The notes beneath the pieces are model-generated. The model ran no database searches. It worked only from the letters and a program-made list of their open reading frames with translations, and was not told the DNA's origin. A program made the translations under genes and the position numbers. From sequence record OQ427096.1: 64,000 bases of DNA; one strand, 5' to 3'. Shown one piece after another: positions 18,678 through 28,252 of this stretch; the first letter of the stretch is position 1; each line of letters begins with the position of its first letter.

Positions 18678-19681
18678 TGGCGTTCTTCAAGACGATTGAT
18701 TTCCTCAAAAGAAACAACGCGGCTATTCTTATCAACATCGTCTTGGCAAAGGACGTCATGACGATTGGTAAGAAGGTCGACGGTGAAAGAGTTGTGGTTG
18801 AGGCTTTGATGCTCGGTGACAAGCCATCCGAGAGTGAGGAAGAGCTGACCCAATATTGTCTTACAGTGAAAGGTTCACCTCCAGCACTCTGGGCACTCGA
18901 CAATTGGTTCCCTGTGACACGGTTCTTCAAGGATCCCAGGTTCGTTCCAAAGTCAACCATCAAGGGAACACCTGAGGTACGCGATAAGGAGTTCCAGCAG
19001 AGGCAAGAGAAGTCATTAGTTGACGTCATCAACAAATGGAGTCAACCGATCAAGCTGGAAAACTTCCACATCAAACGAGCCGAACAGGCTCCTGAGATTG
19101 GACCACACGGAAAAGAGAACCTAGTTGATGTCGTGGTATGGGACGAACACAATTTTTCGTATAATGTGAGCTGTAAGATGTCTAAGGCAGCTGACCTTGG
19201 CTCCGGTGGCATTGCTGGATTGCAGAAGTCGGTTCCTGAGTTGGTGACCAAACTCTACTATCAAGTCAAGATTGATCTGTATGAGTTAGGTTTCGAGGAA
19301 GGGAAGGTGTACGATATTCGTAACATCCCGACTGTGATGTACGGTATTCCGGACATCTACGCATACAAGATGTTCGCCGGATCAGATGAGGTTGGTGGCA
19401 AGATTGATTTCATCTACGTTGGACCCGATCAGGTTGATTACAATGGTGAGGAGTTCAACGGCAAGTTCTGGCCAGTGGAAGAGTATGCTAAGAAGAAGCC
19501 ATACTACCTGCGGCTGAGAAAGAGAGACGTTCATGCGAACATGGTTCGCATCAACTTCACTAAGCTCAACTCACACGGACTTCCTTGCATTTTCACAACA
19601 GGATTGGGCGACTTTGCAGCAGCCCGTTTCGTAATTGATGATAGAGTGCCACCTAAGGCAACTGTGAGGCAACTATGCTAG
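18674..19681 (+). CDS. Putative PD-(D/E)XK nuclease
   Basis: RQEKSL helix, LVDVV, NVSCKM. Confidence 0.55.
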   Translation: MMAFFKTIDFLKRNNAAILINIVLAKDVMTIGKKVDGERVVVEALMLGDKPSESEEELTQYCLTVKGSPPALWALDNWFPVTRFFKDPRFVPKSTIKGTPEVRDKEFQQRQEKSLVDVINKWSQPIKLENFHIKRAEQAPEIGPHGKENLVDVVVWDEHNFSYNVSCKMSKAADLGSGGIAGLQKSVPELVTKLYYQVKIDLYELGFEEGKVYDIRNIPTVMYGIPDIYAYKMFAGSDEVGGKIDFIYVGPDQVDYNGEEFNGKFWPVEEYAKKKPYYLRLRKRDVHANMVRINFTKLNSHGLPCIFTTGLGDFAAARFVIDDRVPPKATVRQLC

Positions 19682-20535
19682 TAGCAGAGAAGAAGCGGAA
19701 GAACATGAAGCACTTCCGAGAAATGAATGATAGAGTGTTCTGTGAATGGATCCTTGGCTATGAAGTCGATCAGCTTGATCTAAGTTGGAAGCTCGACGGA
19801 TTCTTCCTCAGGTTCGGAAAGGACAAAGAGAACAAACCTTGGTTCCAGACTGCGCGCTCTCCTGTACTCTATGATCCAATGGAGATTATCTGGCACTCGC
19901 TTGAGAAAGGTTATGATCACACAGGCATGAGTCGAGCTGAGGTCTATTTCCACCTTATCAAGACAATTTGGGATTCGAACATCATGAATCACTTGCCAGA
20001 AGACTCTGGGTTCGAGTGTGAAGTGTTCGACAAGTCGATGTCTGTCTTGAACAGGGAGAACAACACCAGAACGTTCGTGAACATTCCGTACGACGAAGAG
20101 TTCTTTAAGACAGATCTCACGTTGGCTATCTACAAGCTCATTGAGGCAGCAACAGCTGAGACATGGATTGATGGGTACTACTGTGACCTGAATCTAGACG
20201 ACAACATCCAGACATTTGGCACTCGTTTCAAGATTGACTTCACCGCGAAATACTACTTTGAGTGTGGTGTCAAAGGCATCACAGGCAACGGAAAGCTTCT
20301 TCCTATTCTGGAATCTCGCCGCCAGGCAGATAGAGAAACCAAACTTGGAATGAAGGCAGTGATCGCAACACTCAAAGATCAATTCTGTTACTATGTCTTG
20401 AAGCAGGCTCAAGATCATCACAAGATGGGAAAGAATTTCGAAGGGGTTGTCATCACCGTAAATAAGACAGAGTATAAAATTGTCACAGACTACTTCCGAG
20501 ACTTGATCTACTTCAAGGGAGTGATGGGTGGATAA
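19675..20535 (+). CDS. ATP-dependent ligase-fold (RNA ligase-like) nucleotidyltransferase
   Basis: Motif I SWKLDG, motif III FECEV, motif IV FEGVVI, motif V YKIV. Confidence 0.72.
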   Translation: MLVAEKKRKNMKHFREMNDRVFCEWILGYEVDQLDLSWKLDGFFLRFGKDKENKPWFQTARSPVLYDPMEIIWHSLEKGYDHTGMSRAEVYFHLIKTIWDSNIMNHLPEDSGFECEVFDKSMSVLNRENNTRTFVNIPYDEEFFKTDLTLAIYKLIEAATAETWIDGYYCDLNLDDNIQTFGTRFKIDFTAKYYFECGVKGITGNGKLLPILESRRQADRETKLGMKAVIATLKDQFCYYVLKQAQDHHKMGKNFEGVVITVNKTEYKIVTDYFRDLIYFKGVMGG

Positions 20536-21016
20536 TTTTGACTTGTTCTTCGGAAGGTTCCAGCCGGTTCACAGTGGACATCTTGCTGTTCTCGAGAGGA
20601 TGAACAACCCTGTTGTCGTCATCGTCAAAGGAAAGGTGTCATCGAAGGACACGGAGAAGAACCCTTTCGACTTCGCCTATCAGAAGATGCTTCTAGAGAA
20701 GGTGAAGCCTGATGTTAGGGTGTTCCAGTCAGAGACTGGATATCTCCCGGACATTATCAAGATGCTTGGTGATTGTCCTGATGCTGTCTACTGCGGTTCC
20801 GATCGCATTGGACAGTACAAGGCGCAGATGGAACGCGCCAACAAAGAGCTTGATGAGCTGTGTCTCGTCAGGTTCATTGAAACGGAGCGTGTGACATCTG
20901 CTTCCGTTGTTCGTGAGGCCATCCGGTCTGGCGATAGAAAAGCCTTTAAGGCCAATGTCCCTAGAGCAATCTGGGATCAGTACTCAACAATGAAAAAGAG
21001 GTTAGAAAATGGTTGA
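20528..21016 (+). CDS. Small HxGH cytidylyl/adenylyltransferase-like protein
   Basis: FGRFQPVHSGH, KNPF, GSDR, SASVVR. Confidence 0.85.
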   Translation: MDNFDLFFGRFQPVHSGHLAVLERMNNPVVVIVKGKVSSKDTEKNPFDFAYQKMLLEKVKPDVRVFQSETGYLPDIIKMLGDCPDAVYCGSDRIGQYKAQMERANKELDELCLVRFIETERVTSASVVREAIRSGDRKAFKANVPRAIWDQYSTMKKRLENG

Positions 21017-21239
21017 CTTGACAGTAACTATTCCGTCGTTCGAAGACTTCCTGGCAGAAGATGCAAAGGCAATCTCGGATGCAAATCATCACAGGAAGAA
21101 TGGCGACGGCGAAGGCTGCGACTTGAAGCCTGTTGTTTCGGACAAGGGCTCGACCACTCCAGAAGTGATTGAGAAGTCGGACAATGCTGCACCTGGCGAC
21201 GACAATGGCGAAACTCTGCCTAAGCCACCGGTGAGCTAA
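21009..21239 (+). CDS. Probable internal head protein
   Basis: SFEDFLAE capsid-targeting-like motif. Confidence 0.55.
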   Translation: MVDLTVTIPSFEDFLAEDAKAISDANHHRKNGDGEGCDLKPVVSDKGSTTPEVIEKSDNAAPGDDNGETLPKPPVS

Positions 21240-21240
21240 G

Positions 21241-22131
21241 ATGAGCGAAGGCGCCAACGTAACTGCAGGTGTGGCGAATCCAGACAACGTCATGCCGCCC
21301 GAGAAGCCACAGAAGCGGAAGGGAGAAGGAGAGTTCGCAAAGGAAATCAATGCGGCTGTCTCACAGGCTGGTAAGAAGCTGGTAGAGTCTCTGTTGGAAG
21401 CGAAGGCGCCTAAGCAATTTGGCTTGGGCGACAAAGTAAAACTCAACGGCAAGCCTGGGCGAATCACTTCGGTTGTCAGCACGACAGCTGAAGATGGTAA
21501 TCCAGGGACTCACTGGAAGGTATCTATCAGGTACGAAGATGGCAAGGAAAAGACTTACATGTCTAACCGTGCCAAGATCGTTGTGGTAGAGAAGCACCCT
21601 CAGTACAACAAGCAAGCAGAATGGCATCAAAAGGATGCTATGGCAGCTAAGCGTGGTGCAGACTACACTCGTCATCACTCTGAGATGGCCAAGTACCATG
21701 ATACCATGGTCAAGCATCACGACTACGAAGGCAACACTGAAGAAGCAGACAAGCACCGCGAAGCAGCTGTGACGCATCGTGCTGAATCTGAGAAGCGTGC
21801 TAAGGAAGCCGCAGCAGGTGGAGGCTTTGTAACCAAGCGTGAGATGCAGTCCAAGCAACAGCAAGCCTATCGCAACCATGTAGCTGACGAACGCGAAAAG
21901 AAGCGACAGTGGGAAGAAGCTCGTAAGACAGCGGCGGCTAATCGCAAGTCCTACAAGCACTACTACTCTGTTCCTTTCGCTGACAAGGATGAAGCTAAGT
22001 CGAAGGGATTCAAGTGGGATCCAAACGAGAAGAAGTGGTACGTTACTTCTCAATTCCCGAAGCCAGGCACAATGAAGTGGAAGGCTTCGCACTCCGTCGA
22101 TGAAAAGACAGGAAAGAAAGTCGATGATTGA
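21241..22131 (+). CDS. Probable internal head protein with SH3/KOW-like, His-rich and DUF5710-like segments
   Basis: SLLE cleavage-like site; FGLGDKVKLNGKPGRI; VPFADKDEAKSKGFKWDPNEKKWY. Confidence 0.6.
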   Translation: MSEGANVTAGVANPDNVMPPEKPQKRKGEGEFAKEINAAVSQAGKKLVESLLEAKAPKQFGLGDKVKLNGKPGRITSVVSTTAEDGNPGTHWKVSIRYEDGKEKTYMSNRAKIVVVEKHPQYNKQAEWHQKDAMAAKRGADYTRHHSEMAKYHDTMVKHHDYEGNTEEADKHREAAVTHRAESEKRAKEAAAGGGFVTKREMQSKQQQAYRNHVADEREKKRQWEEARKTAAANRKSYKHYYSVPFADKDEAKSKGFKWDPNEKKWYVTSQFPKPGTMKWKASHSVDEKTGKKVDD

Positions 22132-22540
22132 TTTCGATACATGGTTGTACGAAGATCTCAAAGTTCCCAACGCCAAGGATGGCAAAGGGAAAATGCGTCA
22201 TGGTATGCCACAGCTTACGCAGTTTGATGCGTTCATGGCAGACCTAAAAGACAACGACATTAGCACAGAGATCAAGTCGTTGAGTCCATGGAAGTTGAAG
22301 CCTACACAGAGCAACTTCAATGAGGATAAGGTCGACTTCCTGATCTCGAGTGCTAAGTGGGAAGCGAAGCCTATAATTACAAGTGCCGACAACTATGTCG
22401 TAGATGGGCATCATCGCTGGTTGGCGGCAGCAAAGTTCGGGAAGAAGATTCAATCAAGAGTCATTGGCATGGAGTGCGATGACCTGTTGAAGTTCCTCAA
22501 GGGCAAATCCTATGTTGAAACAAAGACAATTAACGAGTGA
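22124..22540 (+). CDS. ParB/Sulfiredoxin-like domain protein
   Basis: LKPTQ...PII.S.DNYVVDGHHRWLAA; N-terminal FDTWLYE. Confidence 0.8.
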   Translation: MIDFDTWLYEDLKVPNAKDGKGKMRHGMPQLTQFDAFMADLKDNDISTEIKSLSPWKLKPTQSNFNEDKVDFLISSAKWEAKPIITSADNYVVDGHHRWLAAAKFGKKIQSRVIGMECDDLLKFLKGKSYVETKTINE

Positions 22541-22545
22541 TGTGA

Positions 22546-23328
22546 ATGGCGCTTCGAACCCCTGCACCAATTAGATTTTCTCTGGAGATTCCAGAGCTAA
22601 ACAAGACGATCTCTTATCGCGCCCTTAAGGTCGGTGAGCAGAAGTCTCTGTTGACTGTTCTTGAGCTGAAGGATGCTTCAGCGATCATCAACACGATTGT
22701 AGACATCATTGATGGCATTACGTTTGGCGAGCTTGATCTTGCTAAGACGCCTATGCATCTCATTGACTTCATCTTCCTGCACGCATACATCAAGTCGTCA
22801 GGTGCTCGCTCAAAGGCTGAGTACACCTGTGGTGGCGAGATTGAAGTAGAAGAGGAAGTCGAGCTCGAGGAAGGCAAGAAGGAAATTGTCACCAAGACTG
22901 TTCCTTGTGGATCCAGGCACGAACTGCTCCTCAATCTCGAGAATGCCACGATTAAATATCCAGAAGGATATAAGGCTTCTAAGCTGGTACAGATCGATGA
23001 CTCGATGTCTATCAAACTGAAGATGCCTGACTTCGCCAGCTTCAAGAAGCTCGACCTAGACGCAGACGTCATTGGTATCTCAGACCAGTACATCTTCTCT
23101 GGCATTGAGTACATTCTTGATGGCGAGAACATGTCTGTCCCGGGTGCGGATTTCGACTTCGATGAAATGACGACTTGGCTCAACGAACTGCCTTCCACGG
23201 CGCTTGATCAGATCACGGAATTCTTCGAAGGCGTTCCTGTCCTGTCCCTTAATGTGGACGTGACTTGCCCTAAGTGCGGCAGGAAGGATGGTTTCGAGCT
23301 TCAAGGGCTCGACGATTTTTTCCTGTAA
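22546..23328 (+). CDS. gp26: Baseplate hub assembly protein (T4 gp26-like)
   Basis: YRALKVGEQK.LL, LHAYIKSSG, CxxC near the end, C-terminal GLDDFF. Confidence 0.82.
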   Translation: MALRTPAPIRFSLEIPELNKTISYRALKVGEQKSLLTVLELKDASAIINTIVDIIDGITFGELDLAKTPMHLIDFIFLHAYIKSSGARSKAEYTCGGEIEVEEEVELEEGKKEIVTKTVPCGSRHELLLNLENATIKYPEGYKASKLVQIDDSMSIKLKMPDFASFKKLDLDADVIGISDQYIFSGIEYILDGENMSVPGADFDFDEMTTWLNELPSTALDQITEFFEGVPVLSLNVDVTCPKCGRKDGFELQGLDDFFL

Positions 23329-23495
23329 TCTATCCAGCTAACAAGCTAGTAGACATGCTAGAACTGAGGCACCTACTAGTAACAGAACACGGATATCGTC
23401 TGGACGAACTGGATGATATGCCTTTGTTCGAGATTGAAATGACCTCTTTGATTGCAGTTGAAACCCAGAAAAGAAAGATGAATCAATTAGGTTAA
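23316..23495 (+). CDS. gp51: gp51-like hub chaperone segment, probably reached by -1 frameshift from gp26
   Basis: HGYRLDELDDMPLFE resembles gp51; open in the -1 frame across T TTT TTC; no RBS for its own ATG. Confidence 0.6.
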   Translation, partial: FFPVIYPANKLVDMLELRHLLVTEHGYRLDELDDMPLFEIEMTSLIAVETQKRKMNQLG

Positions 23496-23501
23496 GGTAA
23501 A

Positions 23502-25727
23502 ATGCTTCCAGCACTTCTAAGAACAGTTGGTTCTTCATTGTTGAGATCAGAGGCGGTTAGTGCAGGTGCTAACCGCCTTGTCGTCGCTTCGAGACTCAAC
23601 AAGGTCGCAGGTAACAAGCTAGTCCAAGGACTTGCGAAACACTCTGGAGCTTCCAAAGTTCCGGCGCTGGATAAGATTGGTAGTTATCTTAGCAAGGTTC
23701 CTTCAGGAAAAGAGAAGGAAAAGAAAGAACGTGGTACATCCACTTCTTCATCTTCTAAGAACCGTGATAAGGCCCGTGATGATGCTGCCAAGAATCAAGA
23801 GCGTCAAGACAAGGCTGAGAAGGAATCCCTAGGTGTACAGGAAGAGAATGCAAGCCTTCTAAAGGTCATTGCAAAGGACACTGTACGCGTCCGTGATGCG
23901 GTCGAGGCCCTGGCTAAGAACGGTGTCGGTGGAGGCGCGGGCGGTGATGGAATGATGGACAAGCTGCTCAAGACCATCACTTCTCTGCCAGCACTGCTCC
24001 CTTCTCTTCTCACTGGTCCTGCAGGCAAACTTGGCGGCTTTGTAACCAAGTTTGCATCTAAGATTCCTGGCGTTGGAAGACTCATGGGGTCAATCGGAGG
24101 CATGGGTAAGGCAGGCGAAGCTGCAACGACTGTAGCTCGTGCGGGTGTAGCTGCGGAAGCAACTGCGGCAAGAGCAGGAGCCGCTGCTGTTGGACGACAT
24201 GCTCTCCGCGATCCCAAGACGGGTCGATTCATTGCACGTAGCGCAGTACAAGCCGCCGAGGTTGCTCCAAAGGGCATTCTGGCTAAGGCTGGTGCAGCTG
24301 CTGCGGGTGTTGGTGGTGCAAAGATTGCAGGTAAGGCAACAGGCGCAATTGGTAAGGGCATCGCAAAGACGGCAGGTAAGTCTCTACTCAAGAAGATTCC
24401 TATCATTGGTGCAATCGCAGGTCTTGGTCTGGCAGCAAACCGAGCATACGCTGGTGACTGGACAGGTGCAGGACTCGAAGCAGCTTCTGGTCTTGCAGGA
24501 ACTATTCCTGGTATTGGTACAGCTGCAAGTCTTGGTCTTGACGCGGCTATCCTTGCGCGCGACCTTAAGAATGACGGAAGTTCGACACCTGCTGTAACCG
24601 CAGCAGCCAAGCCAGTTACTGCATCCAAGCCTCCGGTGCACACGGCTGCAATTGCAGCTGCTCCAGTGGTAGCGCAACGCAAAACCGCGGCAGCGACTGA
24701 CTCCATGCAGGTCACTATGGCGAAGATGCTTGATGTGATGACTGACCGCTCCAAGGGCATCTACATCGTTCCTGCTGAGGTTGGAGCATCCACTCTTCAG
24801 ACTCGCTCGCCTTATAACCCTCAGGGTGTTCCAACAGGAAACAAATACGAGCCAATCGTCAGTGCAAGTCCATATGATTCAGCACCAAGCAGCATCGGTC
24901 CCGCTACGGCAGGTCGTACAATGGGTGAGGGAACATCCGTAACCTCCGGTCAGACAATGCGAGGCGGTCGTGTTGAGATTGGTCCAACGGGAAACTTTGA
25001 ACGAGATCTTCTCAATCAGATTGCAGCAGGTGAGGCAGGTAAGGAAGGCTACGACTCGGTATGGAGTGGTTCTCGTGTCAAGCCAACCAAGCCTGTGTCT
25101 CAGATGACATTCGGCGAAGTGATGCAGTGGCAGCGTGATACGCTCAACGAACAAAAGAGCCGAGGCATCCCAGCAAATCGTCGTAGTTCCGCAGTAGGAC
25201 GTTACCAGTTCATCAGTAGTACACTCAAGGCGCAGATGGCTGCGGCAGGATTTAAGGAAGATGATCTGTTCAATACTGAGAATCAGGATAAGCTCGCTCT
25301 TACTCTGATGAACCAGGGTGGCAACCTTGACAAGTTCAAGTCGGGTAGAATCTCAGCGGAGAAGTTCCAAGATTACATTGCATCACAGTGGGCATCACAA
25401 AAGACAGCAAGCGGAGCAGGCATGTATAATGCTGCAGGCTTCAACCATGCAGGTCACAGCTCACTTGGATTCTTGAAGGCAGCTCAAGCGTCAGGTTCTC
25501 TGACGGCATCCTCAGGTTCTCCAACTGCAATGGTAAGAGATGCTGCACAGCAGAAGCAAGCCGCACGTATGGCGCCGATCGTTGTCAGCGCTCCTACACA
25601 GGTCGTTCAAAACGGGCAAAAGGAAGCCGCTGCTCCAAGAACAACGGCTTCGGCAACACCTGTGATTGTGCGTAATCCGGACTCGCCGGTTCGCTCCTAC
25701 GTACTATCGCAAATCAGGACTTCTTGA
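23502..25727 (+). CDS. Tail hub / tape-measure-like protein with lysozyme-like domain
   Basis: Long A/G-rich region; QIAAGE...AVGRYQF...QDKLA muramidase-like motifs; follows gp26/gp51. Confidence 0.7.
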   Translation: MLPALLRTVGSSLLRSEAVSAGANRLVVASRLNKVAGNKLVQGLAKHSGASKVPALDKIGSYLSKVPSGKEKEKKERGTSTSSSSKNRDKARDDAAKNQERQDKAEKESLGVQEENASLLKVIAKDTVRVRDAVEALAKNGVGGGAGGDGMMDKLLKTITSLPALLPSLLTGPAGKLGGFVTKFASKIPGVGRLMGSIGGMGKAGEAATTVARAGVAAEATAARAGAAAVGRHALRDPKTGRFIARSAVQAAEVAPKGILAKAGAAAAGVGGAKIAGKATGAIGKGIAKTAGKSLLKKIPIIGAIAGLGLAANRAYAGDWTGAGLEAASGLAGTIPGIGTAASLGLDAAILARDLKNDGSSTPAVTAAAKPVTASKPPVHTAAIAAAPVVAQRKTAAATDSMQVTMAKMLDVMTDRSKGIYIVPAEVGASTLQTRSPYNPQGVPTGNKYEPIVSASPYDSAPSSIGPATAGRTMGEGTSVTSGQTMRGGRVEIGPTGNFERDLLNQIAAGEAGKEGYDSVWSGSRVKPTKPVSQMTFGEVMQWQRDTLNEQKSRGIPANRRSSAVGRYQFISSTLKAQMAAAGFKEDDLFNTENQDKLALTLMNQGGNLDKFKSGRISAEKFQDYIASQWASQKTASGAGMYNAAGFNHAGHSSLGFLKAAQASGSLTASSGSPTAMVRDAAQQKQAARMAPIVVSAPTQVVQNGQKEAAAPRTTASATPVIVRNPDSPVRSYVLSQIRTS

Positions 25728-26286
25728 GCTTCTTCTTGAGCTCTTGAATCTCATCGTAGTACTTCTGAGACTGGGACGTCAATTCGGCGTTCCAGACTTT
25801 GCATTGGTTGAGTCGGTCAAGATAGAGTTGAGACTCTCCTGCGAAACTCCAAAGAAATTGGCTAGTTTGTGGAGAAAGTAGTTCTCCTGTGTTGGTGTTG
25901 GATCCGTTACTGCCGCTGGTGCTTCCTTGACCACCGGTGGATCCGGAATTACCACTTGCTGATGGGTCGCGCAGGCGGATACCAGCAAGCTTAGACACAG
26001 CAGCATCGAGAGAAGCAGTGCGCGCCACATAGGCTTTGTCGAGTTCATTCTTTTTGTCCTTGAGACTGGTTTCAAATGTCAATTTGAGATTAGCAGATGC
26101 GCCTTCAGCCGTAGCCACCTTGGTCGCCATTTCGGCAACCTCGGCTTTGTGCGTAGCTTGAATGGCATCAATTTGTAGACCCTTGACATACCAGATTGAG
26201 CCTGCGCCACCACCTACACCCAGTACGAGTGCGATGCCGATGCCCCAAAGGAATGTCTGGGTATTCAATGCAAGTTTGCTTAGCAT
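25714..26286 (-). CDS. Inner-membrane spanin (Rz-like)
   Basis: N-terminal TM, coiled-coil periplasmic domain, Cys near the C-terminus; contains a nested lipoprotein gene. Confidence 0.75.
   Translation of the reverse strand: MLSKLALNTQTFLWGIGIALVLGVGGGAGSIWYVKGLQIDAIQATHKAEVAEMATKVATAEGASANLKLTFETSLKDKKNELDKAYVARTASLDAAVSKLAGIRLRDPSASGNSGSTGGQGSTSGSNGSNTNTGELLSPQTSQFLWSFAGESQLYLDRLNQCKVWNAELTSQSQKYYDEIQELKKKLKKS
25779..26048 (-). CDS. Outer-membrane lipoprotein spanin (Rz1-like), nested in the i-spanin gene
   Basis: AGGA RBS, signal peptide ending LVSA-C, Pro-rich mature region. Confidence 0.75.
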   Translation of the reverse strand: MNSTKPMWRALLLSMLLCLSLLVSACATHQQVVIPDPPVVKEAPAAVTDPTPTQENYFLHKLANFFGVSQESLNSILTDSTNAKSGTPN

Positions 26287-26666
26287 TATAGGTGCCCCAG
26301 ATTGTAACGATTAGTGACGTCCTTTAGGATATCGACAACAATTCGATTTGGCCAGACGTCGGCGCCAATCGACCAATCATATTGATGCAAGAACATGAGA
26401 ATAGCTTTTGCGACACTGAATTGAACATCATTCAGGAGCACTCGACAGATAGCTGTTACCTTCTTTGGTCCAAAGACATTTAAAGTGACAACCATATTAT
26501 TGATCAGCAACTTCTCATTGATTTGACCGGTCTTTAGAAACCGGTCAATCATCTTCCTTGTAGTCATGAAGACAGCAAAGTCTTTGTCAAAAGTCTTGGC
26601 ATGGAAGACGCCTTTACCATAACCACCAAGGGCGATCTCTTTCGCCAAGTCTTTCACATCACTCAT
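26286..26666 (-). CDS. Conserved T4-like hypothetical protein
   Basis: LLINNMVVTLNVFG pattern; coupled to neighbours. Confidence 0.65.
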   Translation of the reverse strand: MSDVKDLAKEIALGGYGKGVFHAKTFDKDFAVFMTTRKMIDRFLKTGQINEKLLINNMVVTLNVFGPKKVTAICRVLLNDVQFSVAKAILMFLHQYDWSIGADVWPNRIVVDILKDVTNRYNLGHL

Positions 26667-26675
26667 CTGGGGACC

Positions 26676-27170
26676 TTACTCGGCAGCCTTCTTGTTGTTC
26701 TTCTTGCTGGTCTTTGATGTTGTCTTAGCAGCCTTAGGCTTGGTCTCTTCGACTTCCTTGGCAACTTCCTCGACCGACTTGGTCTCTTCCTTGATTGCCT
26801 TACCCTGCTCTTCGCTGATAATAGCAATGGCTTCAACTTCACCAGCATCATCTAGCTTTGCGATAGCACCAATCGGAGCATCTTCAAGGACAGCTTCGAT
26901 TACATCAACAGCTTCTTCCTTGGCAAAATCGCCAGTCTCTACAGAAAATGCATCTGCCTTGATAGCAGCAATCTCATCTTCGCTCAGTTCACGGCTTCCA
27001 GCCGGCACGATCATATCCTGCAAATCTTCAAGAGAATGCGTTCGCTTTGACCAAACCACTGCGTCGGGCAATCCACGAATCGACACGACGAGCTCGCCGG
27101 TGCTTGGGTTGACCCATCCGAGGTGAGTAGCAACTGCACCCTTCACGACTTCTTTAGTTCTATCTACCAT
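26676..27170 (-). CDS. Hypothetical protein with acidic middle and basic tail
   Basis: AAAGGTG RBS; first gene of a minus-strand operon. Confidence 0.65.
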   Translation of the reverse strand: MVDRTKEVVKGAVATHLGWVNPSTGELVVSIRGLPDAVVWSKRTHSLEDLQDMIVPAGSRELSEDEIAAIKADAFSVETGDFAKEEAVDVIEAVLEDAPIGAIAKLDDAGEVEAIAIISEEQGKAIKEETKSVEEVAKEVEETKPKAAKTTSKTSKKNNKKAAE

Positions 27171-27223
27171 CTTGTTTCACCTTTAATTGGACGAATGCAC
27201 GACATCGCATTAAAATAGATCAC

Positions 27224-28252
27224 ATGAACTATCTAGATTTGAAATACACGAGGCTCGTGTCAAGTTATTTACCTGGGTGGAAGGAGGTAAGTGCAACCTT
27301 GTCTCGCTTTCGTTGCCCGTTCTGTGGTGACTCGCAGAAGTCGGAATCGAAGACTCGTGGATACTTCTATCAGATTGAAGGCAATGCGAATTTCAAGTGT
27401 CACAACTGCGGCGCTTCGATGGGCTTGTATTCTTTCCTGAAAGAGGTAGCACCGGTACTGGCGAAAGAGTACACCTTTGAGAAATTCAAGGGAGTCAAGG
27501 CGTTCGAGACTGATCCTTTTGAGAAGTTCATCTCGAAGCCAAAGTTTGCAGACAAGACTCTCTTGGATGATTGTCAGGCTATCTCAACTCTGGAGGACGA
27601 CCATAAGGCAAAAGACTACATCAAGGGTAGATTGATTCCGGAAAAGTTCTTCGGTGATCTCTACTACTGCAAAGATATTCGTTTGATTGCAGACAGGCTT
27701 GATGACTATCGAGACCGAGAACTGCCTCGTAGTGATTGCATCATCATTCCGTTCTACAATGAAGCGAAGGAACTGGTCTACATGCAGGCTCGTTTCTTTG
27801 GTGACGTTTCGATCAGGTACATCACACTCCAGATTGATCCGAACGCAAAGAAGCTGTGGGGCCTTGACAGGGTAGACTGGAGCAAGAAGGTCTACGTCTG
27901 TGAAGGACCGTTCGACGCGATGTTTGTTGAGAACTGTATCGCAGTCGCAGGCGCAAGTATCATGTCTGAAATTAAATACCTGCGAGAACATGCTAAAAAA
28001 GACCTTGTCTTGATCTTCGACAAAGACTATCAGACAAATCCAGAGGTGTATGGGCAATTCCTCAAAGCGGTCAATCAAGGCATCAAGGTCATCATGTTCG
28101 ATCCGCAGTTCGCTGCTAAAGACATCAACGCCCAGGTACAACATGGAACAAGTATTCCAGACCTACAGAAATATCTTGAGAAACGGACTTTCTCTGGGCT
28201 CGGTGCCAAGCTCGAGCTTACGAAAGTTAGACGTCCACTCAAGAGAAAATAA
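27224..28252 (+). CDS. gp61: DNA primase (T4 gp61-like)
   Basis: CPFCGD...CHNC zinc finger, VCEGPFDAMF, IFD. Confidence 0.96.
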   Translation: MNYLDLKYTRLVSSYLPGWKEVSATLSRFRCPFCGDSQKSESKTRGYFYQIEGNANFKCHNCGASMGLYSFLKEVAPVLAKEYTFEKFKGVKAFETDPFEKFISKPKFADKTLLDDCQAISTLEDDHKAKDYIKGRLIPEKFFGDLYYCKDIRLIADRLDDYRDRELPRSDCIIIPFYNEAKELVYMQARFFGDVSIRYITLQIDPNAKKLWGLDRVDWSKKVYVCEGPFDAMFVENCIAVAGASIMSEIKYLREHAKKDLVLIFDKDYQTNPEVYGQFLKAVNQGIKVIMFDPQFAAKDINAQVQHGTSIPDLQKYLEKRTFSGLGAKLELTKVRRPLKRK

